A DNA stretch of 64,000 nt, taken from NCBI GenBank assembly GCA_965652295.1, contig CBFGTS010000007.1, positions 32,001-96,000 of the forward strand, written 5' to 3'. The notes under the pieces were generated by a model. It was given only the letters and a program-made list of their open reading frames with translations. It was not told the origin of the DNA and ran no database searches. This document shows, in pieces, positions 12,173-21,786 of the stretch. The translations under genes were made by a program, and so were the position numbers. The DNA is from an uncultured Haloferula sp. GTDB lineage: Bacteria > Verrucomicrobiota > Verrucomicrobiia > Verrucomicrobiales > Akkermansiaceae. Numbering within the stretch: position 1 is the first letter of the stretch; every line of letters starts with the position of its first letter.

Positions 12173-13855
12173 ATGCGATATGGATGGATGGCATTGCTGG
12201 CGGCGGGAGCCGTGATGGCCGAGGAAGTTCCACCGGTGGACCGGCCGGTACCGCCCATGCCGGCGGTGAAGGAGCTGATCGCCGCGAAGATCGAGGCTCT
12301 CCCGGCACCCTCGCCGCCGCCGGTGAAGGGCGGAGTGGGAATGGCGATCACGGCCGCCACCGACGAGGTCCAGCAATCCGTGCGCGACGGATTGACCTGT
12401 CTGCACGCGGGCTGGGATTTCGAGGCCTACCGGCACTTCGTGCAGGCGCTGAAGGGGGACGCCGACTGCCTGATGGCGAACTGGGGCGTCGGGCTGGCGC
12501 TGCTTCACGGCAGCGACGATCTGGCGAAGGAGCGCGAAGCGGCGCTGAACCGCATGCTGGGCTTGGTCGACCGCGGCGTCGGCACCGATCTGGAACACCG
12601 CTACGTGTTCGGCCTGGCGACGCTGATCCAGGAAGGACCGCAGGCGGCGGCCGGCGTTTTCGCCCAGGCGGCGGAAGAGTATCCGAACGATCCACAGCTC
12701 GTCCTGTTGGAGTCGCTGCTCGGCCGCGGTGGATTCGACATGATGGGCAATCCCACGCCTGATCAGGAGCGCGCGGAGAAACGGATGCGCGAACTCATCG
12801 CCAAGCACCCCGGGCTTTCCTATCTGAAATACGCCTTGCTGGCGATGCGGGCGGAGGCTCCGGACCTTGCGGGCGATCAGGAAATGGTTCGCGAGTTGGC
12901 GGGTGAGGCCCCGGGCTTCGCACCGTATTTCCACCTGCTGGGGCATTACGAGTGGCGGCTGGGAAATCCGGGCGCGGCCCAGGCGGCTTTCGGCTGGGCC
13001 GGCGACGCCTATGGCGCATGGATGCGTGAAGCAGGCTTGGAGCCGCTCGATTGTCCGGGCTGGACGAAGGCGGAGGCCTACCGGGCCGTGGCACTGGCCA
13101 GCAAGGGGGACTACGAAAGCGCGCTCGCCGCGGCACAAGCCGTGGCGGCGATCGAGGTTCCGCCGGCGAAGGCATCGTCCGATGGCGCGCGGATGCTGTT
13201 GTGGGAGGCCAAAACCCTCCCGGCCCGGATCTACCTCCGCCGCAATGGCGCGGGTGATCTGACGGCGGCGAAAAACAGCCTTCCTTCGGCCGAGGATGCG
13301 AAAGGTCTCAGCGAGGAGACGTTGGCGGTGTGGTCATTCCAGGCGCATTCGACGACGGTCGGCACGCGGCTGGCGATCGAGGCCGGTGAGTCGGAGGCCG
13401 CGCGGCTTTTGATCGAAGACCTCGCCCGGCTTGGCTCGAATTTCGTGAAAACCCGCGGGGTCGCCGCCGCGCAGGGAGAGCAATCCCACTGGCTGCGGTG
13501 TTTCCAAGCTCTCGAGGTGATGACCAGCGAGCTGAACGGCCTGCTGGCGATGCACGGTCCGGAAGGCGGACGTGGCTCAGCCTACAATTGGTTTCTTTCC
13601 GCCCGCGACCGGCAGCGCCGCGCTTCGTTGATGATGCCGCCGTCGGTGCTGCTTCCAATGGGCACGCGCCTCGCCGACTACCTCGCTGCGGAAGGCGAAT
13701 GGGACAAGGCGCTCGACGCGCTGGAAACGGACCTCAAGAGCTATCCGAACGACTACGAACTGCTGCGCCGCCTCGAAACCGTCGCCGCCAAAGCCGGGAA
13801 AAAGGACCGGGCGGAGGAGGCGACCGCCGCGCTCGAGCAGCTCAAATCCGAATAA
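12173..13855 (+). CDS. Secreted tetratricopeptide-repeat protein
   Basis: Signal peptide; GLTCLHAGWDFEAYRHF..A...D.DC.MA.WG.. TPR-like N-terminus; all-helical. Confidence 0.75.
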   Translation: MRYGWMALLAAGAVMAEEVPPVDRPVPPMPAVKELIAAKIEALPAPSPPPVKGGVGMAITAATDEVQQSVRDGLTCLHAGWDFEAYRHFVQALKGDADCLMANWGVGLALLHGSDDLAKEREAALNRMLGLVDRGVGTDLEHRYVFGLATLIQEGPQAAAGVFAQAAEEYPNDPQLVLLESLLGRGGFDMMGNPTPDQERAEKRMRELIAKHPGLSYLKYALLAMRAEAPDLAGDQEMVRELAGEAPGFAPYFHLLGHYEWRLGNPGAAQAAFGWAGDAYGAWMREAGLEPLDCPGWTKAEAYRAVALASKGDYESALAAAQAVAAIEVPPAKASSDGARMLLWEAKTLPARIYLRRNGAGDLTAAKNSLPSAEDAKGLSEETLAVWSFQAHSTTVGTRLAIEAGESEAARLLIEDLARLGSNFVKTRGVAAAQGEQSHWLRCFQALEVMTSELNGLLAMHGPEGGRGSAYNWFLSARDRQRRASLMMPPSVLLPMGTRLADYLAAEGEWDKALDALETDLKSYPNDYELLRRLETVAAKAGKKDRAEEATAALEQLKSE

Positions 13856-15085
13856 TCACGCCGCGCGTACCGTGGCCTCATCCACCCCGCGCAAGGCGAA
13901 GATTTTGAGGATGGTGTCCTCGATCAGGTTGTTCGGACACGAGGCACCGGCGGTGATGCCGACGGTGACCGGTCCCTCGCCAAGAATGGCCGCCGGGTAG
14001 GAACTCGCGACCTCGGACTTCCGGTGGAGGTCGAAATGGACGACCTCCTCGAGGTCCTTCAGGCACGAGGCGTTCCGGATGAAGAAGGTGGGCAGCTCCT
14101 GCTCAGCGATCTCGACAAGGTGGGTGGTGTTCGAGCTGTTGTAGCCGCCGACGACGAGCATCAGGTCCATCGGCTGCTCAAGCATTTCGAACAGCGCGTC
14201 CTGACGCTCCTGGGTGGCGCCGCAGATGGTGTCGAAAACGATGAAGTTGGCGTCATCGCCATCGCGGGCGACCACCGCCTTTTGCACCCGGCGCTGGATT
14301 TCCTCGGTCTCGCTCTTGAGCATGGTGGTCTGGTTGGCCACGCCGACGCGGCGGAGGTGCTTGTCCGGATCGAATCCCGGCGAGAGCGCCTGTCCGAAGC
14401 GTGCGAAAAACGCATCCCGGTCGCCGCCCTCGCGGATGTAGCCGCAGAGAAAATCGGTGTCGTCCAGGGTCAGGACCATCACGTAATGGCCGGTGCCGTC
14501 GTCTCCGAGCGCCCGCGATGCCGTGGCCTGGGTTTCCTCATGGTCGGCCTTGCCGTGGATGATCGAAGTCAAGCCCTCCTTGGCATAGGTGCGGACACGC
14601 CGCCAGACCTTCATCACGTCGCCGCAGGTGGTATCGACCACGTAGCAGCCGCGTTCGGCGAGCTTTTCCATGAAATGGGTCGGGGCACCGAAGGCCGGGA
14701 CGATCACCACGTCCTCGTCGCTCAGCTCATCATAGTCCGCGCTGAGTTGTTTCCACGGCAGGGAAACGATGTTCATGTCGGAGAGCTGGCGGTTCACCTC
14801 GGGGTTGTGGATGATCTCACCGATGAGGAAAATCCGCTGGTCCGCAAACACCTTGCGGGCGGCGTAGGCGAGATCGATCGCCCGCTCGACGCCGTAGCAG
14901 AAGCCGAATTGCTGGGCGAGGCGGACGGTCGTGTTACCGAGGGTGAGCGAGCCGCCGTGGGTGCGGATTTTTTCGACAATCGACGAACGGTAGTGGGCTT
15001 CCACTTCCTCGGTGACGATCTTCATCACGTCCGGTCGGCGGACGTTGACTCGCTTGCGTTTCTCGTTTCCGGCGGGCTGGGGCAC
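13856..15085 (-). CDS. ispH: 4-hydroxy-3-methylbut-2-enyl diphosphate reductase
   Basis: FGFCYGVERA, EIIHNP, DTTC, NQTTM, TICGATQERQ, GGYNSSNT, GITAGASCP. Confidence 0.97.
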   Translation of the reverse strand: MPQPAGNEKRKRVNVRRPDVMKIVTEEVEAHYRSSIVEKIRTHGGSLTLGNTTVRLAQQFGFCYGVERAIDLAYAARKVFADQRIFLIGEIIHNPEVNRQLSDMNIVSLPWKQLSADYDELSDEDVVIVPAFGAPTHFMEKLAERGCYVVDTTCGDVMKVWRRVRTYAKEGLTSIIHGKADHEETQATASRALGDDGTGHYVMVLTLDDTDFLCGYIREGGDRDAFFARFGQALSPGFDPDKHLRRVGVANQTTMLKSETEEIQRRVQKAVVARDGDDANFIVFDTICGATQERQDALFEMLEQPMDLMLVVGGYNSSNTTHLVEIAEQELPTFFIRNASCLKDLEEVVHFDLHRKSEVASSYPAAILGEGPVTVGITAGASCPNNLIEDTILKIFALRGVDEATVRAA

Positions 15086-15099
15086 GGGGGGACTTTTAG

Positions 15100-15127
15100 G
15101 TAGCAGGCAGCCGGTAGCAAGTAGCGA
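15100..15127. repeat. Degenerate heptamer tandem repeat (GTAGCAR-like x4)
   Basis: gtagcag gcagccg gtagcaa gtagcga, intergenic upstream of ispH. Confidence 0.55.
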
Positions 15128-15145
15128 GGGCGGGGGGGCTCGGAT

Positions 15146-15835
15146 TCAGGCCCGGCACCGCACCGGCTGAGCCAGCAGCGCGAACAGGAGGAGGGCGATG
15201 ATTTCCAGCCAAAGGATGTAGAGGGGGTGCGGGCCGAGGTGGTCGAGCAGGGATGGGGTGAGGGGCTTGGCCGCGAGGAAGCCGAAGTTCGTGCCTAGGA
15301 GCGTATTGGCGGTGATGGCGAGGACGACGTAGAGGTTCAGCCACGCGAAGGCGATCAGCGGCCCGCGCCACCACGGAGCCGGGAGTCGCCAGCCATCCGC
15401 GGCGGGGAAATAAATCGCGGCGGCGATCACGGAAAAATGCTGGAGGAAAAACGCGAGCGCGATCGGGTGCGGCGGCGCGAAGTCGAGCGCCGGCGTCACG
15501 ATCCCCTGCATGGTGCCGGCGAGACCCCAGAAATACGTCAGCAGGATCAGCGTGGGGTGGCGGGTGATCAGTGCGAAGCCGGCCATGAACGAGGCCAGAT
15601 CGCACAGGTGCAGCGGGACAATGTTGTCCAGCGCCATGGGGGAGCCCGGGCGCGACCACGCCCACTGGGAAACGGCGTAGCTGACGAGATTGGCCATCAC
15701 GAGAATCGCGCGGGCGAGGTTGTCCGTCGCCCCGCCGCGGCGACCCATGGCCACCAATCCGGCGATCAAGGCGAAGCCGACCGCGGCCACCAGTCCGTGC
15801 TGGGCGGAAAAGGGAACAAAGGCGGCATCGGTCAC
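15146..15835 (-). CDS. YwaF/TIGR02206 family integral membrane protein
   Basis: [33 protein letters not shown]...SLLD.LGP.P.Y. Confidence 0.9.
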   Translation of the reverse strand: MTDAAFVPFSAQHGLVAAVGFALIAGLVAMGRRGGATDNLARAILVMANLVSYAVSQWAWSRPGSPMALDNIVPLHLCDLASFMAGFALITRHPTLILLTYFWGLAGTMQGIVTPALDFAPPHPIALAFFLQHFSVIAAAIYFPAADGWRLPAPWWRGPLIAFAWLNLYVVLAITANTLLGTNFGFLAAKPLTPSLLDHLGPHPLYILWLEIIALLLFALLAQPVRCRA

Positions 15836-15922
15836 GCAGCCGAGAAAAGCAGCTCGGAGCGTTCCGCCAATCTCCAATCTCCCTCCTTGCGGGGGGAGCC
15901 CGGGACTTTCCATGCTGCGGCC

Positions 15923-16498
15923 GTGAGACCGAAACGTCAGGGGCGGGAAGCCCGCGAAAACCGGCACGTGAAGCCAGCCGTCGAGACCGTCGTGCCCTCG
16001 ATGGACGAGGAGGAGCTGATGCGCATCGTTTCGGAAACGGAAGCCCCGTTCCTGCTGGTGCTCGACTGCGTGCAGGACCCGCACAATCTCGGCGCCATCC
16101 TGCGCACGGCGGATGGCGCGGGGGTGCACGCGGTGATCGCTCCGAAGGACAAGCAGGTGGCCATCACCGAGACCGTGCGGCGCGTGTCCGTCGGCGCGGC
16201 CGACCACGTGCCTTTCGTCCAGGTGACGAATCTGGCGCGCACCATGGAGCGGCTCAAGGACGCCGGCGTGTGGTTCGTAGGCACCTCCGACCGCGCCGAG
16301 AAGTCGCTCTACGAGCTCGACCTGAAAGGCCCGCTCGCGTTGGTGATGGGGGCCGAGGAAAAAGGCATGCGCCGGCTCACCGAGGAGAACTGCGATTTCC
16401 TCGCCCGTCTGCCGATGGCCGGCCGCGTGGAGTGCCTGAACGTGTCCGTGTCGGCGGGAGTGTGCCTCTACGAAGCGGTCCGGCAGCGGATGGCATGA
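15923..16498 (+). CDS. rlmB: 23S rRNA (guanosine2251-2'-O)-methyltransferase, SpoU family, short form
   Basis: [53 protein letters not shown]; exact start uncertain. Confidence 0.9.
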   Translation: MRPKRQGREARENRHVKPAVETVVPSMDEEELMRIVSETEAPFLLVLDCVQDPHNLGAILRTADGAGVHAVIAPKDKQVAITETVRRVSVGAADHVPFVQVTNLARTMERLKDAGVWFVGTSDRAEKSLYELDLKGPLALVMGAEEKGMRRLTEENCDFLARLPMAGRVECLNVSVSAGVCLYEAVRQRMA

Positions 16499-17301
16499 AC
16501 GAGCCCGTTCGCATCCTGTCCGACCTCCATCTGGGGCACCCCGCGTCGAGGATTTCCTCCGTCGAGCAGCTGCGGCCGTTGCTGGAAGGGGTCGGCACGG
16601 TGGTGTTCAATGGCGACACCTGGCAGGAGCTGGCGACCGCCTTCCGGCCGAGGGCGGAGGGTTTGCTCTCCGAGTTGAAGCAGCTCTGCGCTTCGCTCGG
16701 CGTCGAGCCGGTGTTCCTTTCTGGAAACCACGATCCCGGCGGGCCGGGGAAGGGGTGGGTCGAGCTGGCCGGCGGCCGTATCGTCGTCACCCACGGCGAC
16801 GCCGTCATGTGGGGCAGTTCTCCCTGGAGCCGCGAGGCCTTCGCCAGGCTGGAGCAGATCAAGGCCCTGTGGGCGGAGCACCGGGCGGCGGCGGAGAGCG
16901 ACCCCGGCGAACGCCTGCAGTTGGCCCGGGAAATGGCGCTGCTGCTCAGGGCTCCGGGGATTCCCAAAGGCCGCTCGATTTTCCGTCGCGCCCTTGATGC
17001 CGCCAACCCGCCGAAGCGCGCCTTCGAGATCCTGCGCGTCTGGGCGCAGCAGGCTGATGACGCCGCCGCCTTCGCCGGGCACTACTTTCCGAAGGCGGAG
17101 GTCGTCGTGATCGGCCATTTCCACCACCACGGCATCTGGCGGAAGCGCGGCAGACTCATCATCAACACCGGTGCCTACGTCCATCCCCACCGCGCCCGCT
17201 GGGTCGAGTGGGGCGAAGGCTTCCTCCGTTGCGGCCTCGTCCGCACCGACGACTCCCGCTTCATCCCCGCCGCTCCCGACCAGACCTGGCATCTCGCCTG
17301 A
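16495..17301 (+). CDS. Calcineurin-like metallophosphoesterase (LpxH-like)
   Basis: SDLH, NGD, GNHD, THGD, GHFH, NTG motifs; ATGA overlap with rlmB. Confidence 0.88.
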   Translation: MNEPVRILSDLHLGHPASRISSVEQLRPLLEGVGTVVFNGDTWQELATAFRPRAEGLLSELKQLCASLGVEPVFLSGNHDPGGPGKGWVELAGGRIVVTHGDAVMWGSSPWSREAFARLEQIKALWAEHRAAAESDPGERLQLAREMALLLRAPGIPKGRSIFRRALDAANPPKRAFEILRVWAQQADDAAAFAGHYFPKAEVVVIGHFHHHGIWRKRGRLIINTGAYVHPHRARWVEWGEGFLRCGLVRTDDSRFIPAAPDQTWHLA

Positions 17302-17308
17302 CCCCCAT

Positions 17309-17333
17309 GGAGCGCCGGTTTTCAAACCGGCAC
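17309..17333. repeat. REP-like palindromic element
   Basis: ggagc-gccggttt-tc-aaaccggc-ac just after the stop codon; resembles GGAGCGCCGG..CCGGC REP-type hairpins; single copy in this window. Confidence 0.45.
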
Positions 17334-17525
17334 GCCTTCTCTCCCCAAGCTCCCTTTCCTGGAAGGTTGACAGCGCCTCGTCCCGCCACTTCTGCTTCAG
17401 CAGGCCTCGTCGGCCCTCCGCCTCCCTCCATGCTCCAGCCGATGCTCACTGGAAGAATGGTCTCGTGGTTTTGCGGGGCCGCCTTTTTGGCTTGGAGAGA
17501 TTTGTGGACGAACAGAACAGATTCC

Positions 17526-17792
17526 TCAATCGTCACCGGATGCTTGGATTAATACGTCTGCGAGTCGCAGATCCAGAGCCCGACACCAGCGCAACAAAAC
17601 CACTAAGCCCGGCTGCGACAGTCCGCGCTCCGCACGAGACAGGTAGGAATAGGCGATGCCCATCTTCCCGTTGAGGTCCCGTAGCGTTAGGCCTCTCTCG
17701 CGGCGTTTCTCCCGAAGAATCGAAACGATCCCAAGCAAAACGTCCATATCCGGATCACCAGATGGATTAGCATCATGCTTGAGCGAAGACAT
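17526..17792 (-). CDS. XRE-family helix-turn-helix transcriptional regulator
   Basis: LREKRRERGLTLRDL..KMGIAYSYLSRAERG..QP. Confidence 0.88.
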   Translation of the reverse strand: MSSLKHDANPSGDPDMDVLLGIVSILREKRRERGLTLRDLNGKMGIAYSYLSRAERGLSQPGLVVLLRWCRALDLRLADVLIQASGDD

Positions 17793-18022
17793 CCCTTCAT
17801 CCTGAAGGGGACGGGAGCGGGATGTAGGAATTTTACTCTTGTTCCCTATGTCGCACAGCCTAGGCTTTCAGCCATACCTGCTGCCGTGATCATGATTCTC
17901 TCTCGCTTTCCTTCCGGGATCGCTCCCCCCCCTGAGGGTGCACCCGCTCGATCCCCAGAGCGGTCGGCGTGCGCCCTCTCCTTCTGTCCTTGGTCGATTT
18001 TCGTCTGGATTGGGATCAGCGG

Positions 18023-18277
18023 CTACTTCCGCTCCAAGACGAAGGCCAATTCTTCCAAAAACTGCTGGGGCGTCACCTTGCACGCTTTGCAGAAGCAGAT
18101 CCACTCGATCAGATCAATCCGCCGCTGCCCGCGTAAAATGTCGCTCACGGTGGATTGGCTCACGTCCATCTTCTTGGCGAGCTGCTGCTGGGTCAGCCCC
18201 GCATCCGCCCGCACCCGGGCCATCACTTTCAACACGGATTCCTGATCGGCGGAATAGATCGACTTTGCTGCCACCAT
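18023..18277 (-). CDS. XRE-family helix-turn-helix transcriptional regulator
   Basis: KSIYS...RADAGLTQQQLAKKMDVSQSTVSDILRGQRRIDLIE. Confidence 0.9.
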   Translation of the reverse strand: MVAAKSIYSADQESVLKVMARVRADAGLTQQQLAKKMDVSQSTVSDILRGQRRIDLIEWICFCKACKVTPQQFLEELAFVLERK

Positions 18278-18478
18278 CGAAAACTGCCAAACTTGGTGAA
18301 TTATCGAAAATTCTGGCAAATTATTGGAATTATCGTTATTCGTTCTGACGTCTCCGTATCTTCACAAGAATTTCTTCATAGATGATCGATACCCGACGCA
18401 ACCTCTCAAAACTCCGCTTTGTCATGAAGAGCCTCCTTTCGCTCTCGTCCTGCTTGCGGGGCTTTCCCCTCCTTCCCT

Positions 18479-19315
18479 ATGAGATTCCCATTCCTCCCTA
18501 CCTCCGCCTTCTTGCTGGCGCTGGCCTTGCTCCCCTCCCGCGCTGCTGAACCCATCCCCGCTGCCGGTCCGCTCCAAGTGGCCGATGGCGTCCCGGATCC
18601 CTCTCTCATCCACTTCACTCCTCCGGCTCCTCCTCCGCCCGCTCCGGACATCGAGGTCGAGGCCCGCAGCGTCCTCCAAGCCGGCTCCCACCGCTTGGAC
18701 CTCCTCCGCGGTGCCCCCTCCGAGCTCCCCGACCTGCCCGAGCCGGTTGCTGCCGAGGCCCGCATCGGGCTCCCGTCACTCTCCGAGCATCCTACCACCG
18801 CGACCGTCACCCTCGGCCTCTCGGTGGTCATCTACGATCACCAACTCTCCCACCTCCGTTGGCGCGACCCGCGCAATGGCGAAGTCTTCGAGGCATGGTG
18901 CGCCTGGGACTGGGAACTTGTCTCGCCCATCGGCCAACTCACCGGCGACCGATTCGATTGCATCATCCTCTCCACCCCTGAGATCGTCATCACCACCCAC
19001 CCGGGGCGGCCGCAGGCTGCCATTCCTTCCCATCCACAACTCGCTCCCGGCACCTTCCAGCTGGTGTCCGGTTCCGCCGATTCTCCCCTTGGAGCGGCTT
19101 TCCTCGAAGCCTACCGGCGTCACCTTTCCGCGAACCGTCCGCAGCTCGAAGCCGTGCTGGCTGCCCGCCGCCAAGCCGCGGCCGATGCCGCCGCCTGGCG
19201 CGAGGCCAACCCCGGAACCGTGCGCGATTCGACCGTCTGGCTGCGCCCCCACCGCGGCAGCCGCTACCTCAAGGCAGCGGGAACCACCGGCGAAAGAAAG
19301 GAGGCCGGGAAATGA
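18479..19315 (+). CDS. Secreted hypothetical protein, partner of the downstream repeat protein
   Basis: Signal peptide, Pro-rich linker; stop overlaps the next ATG (ATGA). Confidence 0.8.
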   Translation: MRFPFLPTSAFLLALALLPSRAAEPIPAAGPLQVADGVPDPSLIHFTPPAPPPPAPDIEVEARSVLQAGSHRLDLLRGAPSELPDLPEPVAAEARIGLPSLSEHPTTATVTLGLSVVIYDHQLSHLRWRDPRNGEVFEAWCAWDWELVSPIGQLTGDRFDCIILSTPEIVITTHPGRPQAAIPSHPQLAPGTFQLVSGSADSPLGAAFLEAYRRHLSANRPQLEAVLAARRQAAADAAAWREANPGTVRDSTVWLRPHRGSRYLKAAGTTGERKEAGK

Positions 19316-21774
19316 AAACCCTGCTCTTTTGCCTGATCTTCGTTCTGGGCACATTTTTTCCTGCCGTCGGGCAGGATGCCGGTCAAAACTCCGAGATCCT
19401 CGTGGTTTCCCAAGACAAATTCCTGCGCTTCCACGGCCACGCCGGGCGCACCTACTTCATCCAGGCTTCCGATCCACTAAGCCACCTCCGGCAGTGGTTG
19501 TGGATGCCCGTGATCGAGACCGGCAACGATTCGGACATCAGCTACGAAGTCGGCGGGACCGACCCCAAGGGATTTTTCCGCCTCGTTTACAGCGACGTCC
19601 CGAAGCCCGCCGGCGTGAGCCTTGAGGATTGGGATCTCGACGGCGACGGGCTGAGCAACTGGGACGAAATCACCCTTCACGGCACCTATCCCGACAAGCC
19701 GGACACCGACGGCGACGGCATGACCGACGGTTGGGAGGTGACTCACGACCTCGATCCTCAAAATCCCAACGACGCCTTCGACGATCCCGACGGCGACGGA
19801 ACGGATAATCGGGAGGAACACGATCAGCAAACCGATCCCGGAAACCAAGCGGACTTTCCAACTCAAATCTGGTCGGTGACCGCCGCGGCTAGCGGGAGTT
19901 CTTCGGTGTGGACTTCTGAGATTAAAAAGCACACCCGCAAGCGCAATTGGAACGAATCGACTTATAGTGAACCTCAAGAGGGTTCCGGGCATCTTGCGGT
20001 GGCGGAGCTCAAAGCCCTTGTTGAAGGTCTGACACTTCCAGAGACGCTAGCGGAAGCGAAGGCCGAGCCCGATTACATTCATTACAACGAAAGCGGAGCT
20101 TCGGCACATGGACATTTTCACCAATCCGCGAGCTCTTCCGAAGCCAGACAGGGAAACCACACAGTTACTCGTGTCTGGGTGCGCATGCCTGCGAAAGCTG
20201 AGCAGCAAACGCGCCAATTCATCAAGGTGACATCCCGGAACCATCCGGACGCCGACACTGTGGTGGAGTCGGGAACCGTCACCGTGACCGTTCCTGCCAA
20301 CCAAACGGAATCAGAGTACGTCGATTTGACGTGCGACAACATCATGGTGTCCGGGAAGGACGTGATTACTGACGTTGAGCTCCTGCCGGTGGAGTTATAC
20401 AGCGACTTGAACAACGACGGACAGTTGACGAGTGCCGACAGCGGGCTTGTCGGTAAAGCCTATGCCAGCGGTGTTAGCGAGGACGAGAAGGACAAGGGGA
20501 CCGAATTCATGTTCGCCAATGACCAGCTCTCGAATGGTGCATGGGATAAGGAAGACAGCACTACACCAGGTAAGCCCGCAGGCACCGACGATGACGATGC
20601 CGAGGAACTGCACATCAATCCCGGTATCACCGAAGGCGAGGTGTGGCTCGACCATCCGGCGATTACCGGGTTGAAGTTCTATCGGGACAAAAAATGCACA
20701 CAGCAAATCAATATTTCGACGAGTAGTCATTTTGACCTCACTCCTGACAACCCGTTTCCCGATAAAGTGTTCATGCGAGCGGAGAGCGTAAACTTCACCG
20801 ATACCAGTAACCCTCAGGTTGAGGGCGACCTGAAGCTAATAATTAAACCTGATGGCGGTGATGCCAACGGCATCGAAGCCACCAAGATGAGGCTCACTGT
20901 CATTAAGGATTTGGGATCCCAAAAATACTTCCACGGCGTTCGAGATTATATTTTTGAGAATAATACGAAGACTTTCACGCATCACAAAAATTACGGAACT
21001 TCAACCCGGTATCGAATTGTGGCAATGCGCGAAGAATCCACAGAAATGTTTGGGTTGGATACCTACGACCATGTGTCTGATGAACCTCGTCTCAAGGGTA
21101 TCAATGCTGTAAAAGATAATTATTTTTCCGACGTAATTATTAACGGCAACCAGTGTTTCTTTAGTGGTGCTTACTTTTTTGGGAGTATGACAGATCGCTG
21201 CGATGGGCGGCTGTGTGTCGGCAGGCAGATACTTCGCCCTCCTTCTGATGACACGCACAATCCGAACTTGGGAGGCCCAGGAGCGCGCTACGTCGGAAAT
21301 TCTATGGGAGAGCCTGAGATAGTGGACGGGGTATTAGCCATCCCGAGTCATTTCACCTTTGCGACCGGTCAGGTTCCTGAGGGCGTGCCGGCGACTTCAG
21401 ATCACGGCATCGGAGGCTTGGCTGCGAAATATGACCGCGCTGAATTGCAACAAAGTGAGAACCAGGCGATCGGCCGGGCGTTTGTCACGGATCCCGGAAA
21501 AGGAGTGGTGTTTACTGCGACAACATATGTTGGAAACCCAGGGAAGGCTATTTCTCTCGCGGCGGACGCGCACAGATCCGGCGTTCAACCTTTGAGTGGT
21601 GGGGCTGCGGGTACCTGGGAGCTGTTATTTCTGGATGGTTCGTCCTCAGTTGGCTTAGTGCTTGCCAGTCCGAACGGGGATCAACAGATCGTGATCAAGG
21701 GGAGTAAGCACGACGGGAATTTTTACTACATAAATACTTATCTTCTATTTGAGTGTAAGCGGCCGAGAAATTAG
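19312..21774 (+). CDS. Secreted modular protein with DxDGDG Ca-binding repeats and a variable C-terminal domain (putative polymorphic toxin/effector)
   Basis: Signal peptide; G..GRTYFIQ.S..L..W...FFRL domain; three D.DGDG repeats; LLPVE..DLNNDG junction; AT-richer 3' half. Confidence 0.8.
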   Translation: MKTLLFCLIFVLGTFFPAVGQDAGQNSEILVVSQDKFLRFHGHAGRTYFIQASDPLSHLRQWLWMPVIETGNDSDISYEVGGTDPKGFFRLVYSDVPKPAGVSLEDWDLDGDGLSNWDEITLHGTYPDKPDTDGDGMTDGWEVTHDLDPQNPNDAFDDPDGDGTDNREEHDQQTDPGNQADFPTQIWSVTAAASGSSSVWTSEIKKHTRKRNWNESTYSEPQEGSGHLAVAELKALVEGLTLPETLAEAKAEPDYIHYNESGASAHGHFHQSASSSEARQGNHTVTRVWVRMPAKAEQQTRQFIKVTSRNHPDADTVVESGTVTVTVPANQTESEYVDLTCDNIMVSGKDVITDVELLPVELYSDLNNDGQLTSADSGLVGKAYASGVSEDEKDKGTEFMFANDQLSNGAWDKEDSTTPGKPAGTDDDDAEELHINPGITEGEVWLDHPAITGLKFYRDKKCTQQINISTSSHFDLTPDNPFPDKVFMRAESVNFTDTSNPQVEGDLKLIIKPDGGDANGIEATKMRLTVIKDLGSQKYFHGVRDYIFENNTKTFTHHKNYGTSTRYRIVAMREESTEMFGLDTYDHVSDEPRLKGINAVKDNYFSDVIINGNQCFFSGAYFFGSMTDRCDGRLCVGRQILRPPSDDTHNPNLGGPGARYVGNSMGEPEIVDGVLAIPSHFTFATGQVPEGVPATSDHGIGGLAAKYDRAELQQSENQAIGRAFVTDPGKGVVFTATTYVGNPGKAISLAADAHRSGVQPLSGGAAGTWELLFLDGSSSVGLVLASPNGDQQIVIKGSKHDGNFYYINTYLLFECKRPRN

Positions 21775-21786
21775 GTTTTAATATAC

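Noticed and set aside
19312..21774. Rhs/CDI/T6SS effector assignment
   Set aside because: No YD repeats, PxxxxDPxG, FHA repeats, VENN, PAAR or VgrG motifs visible; the protein has a Sec-type signal peptide.
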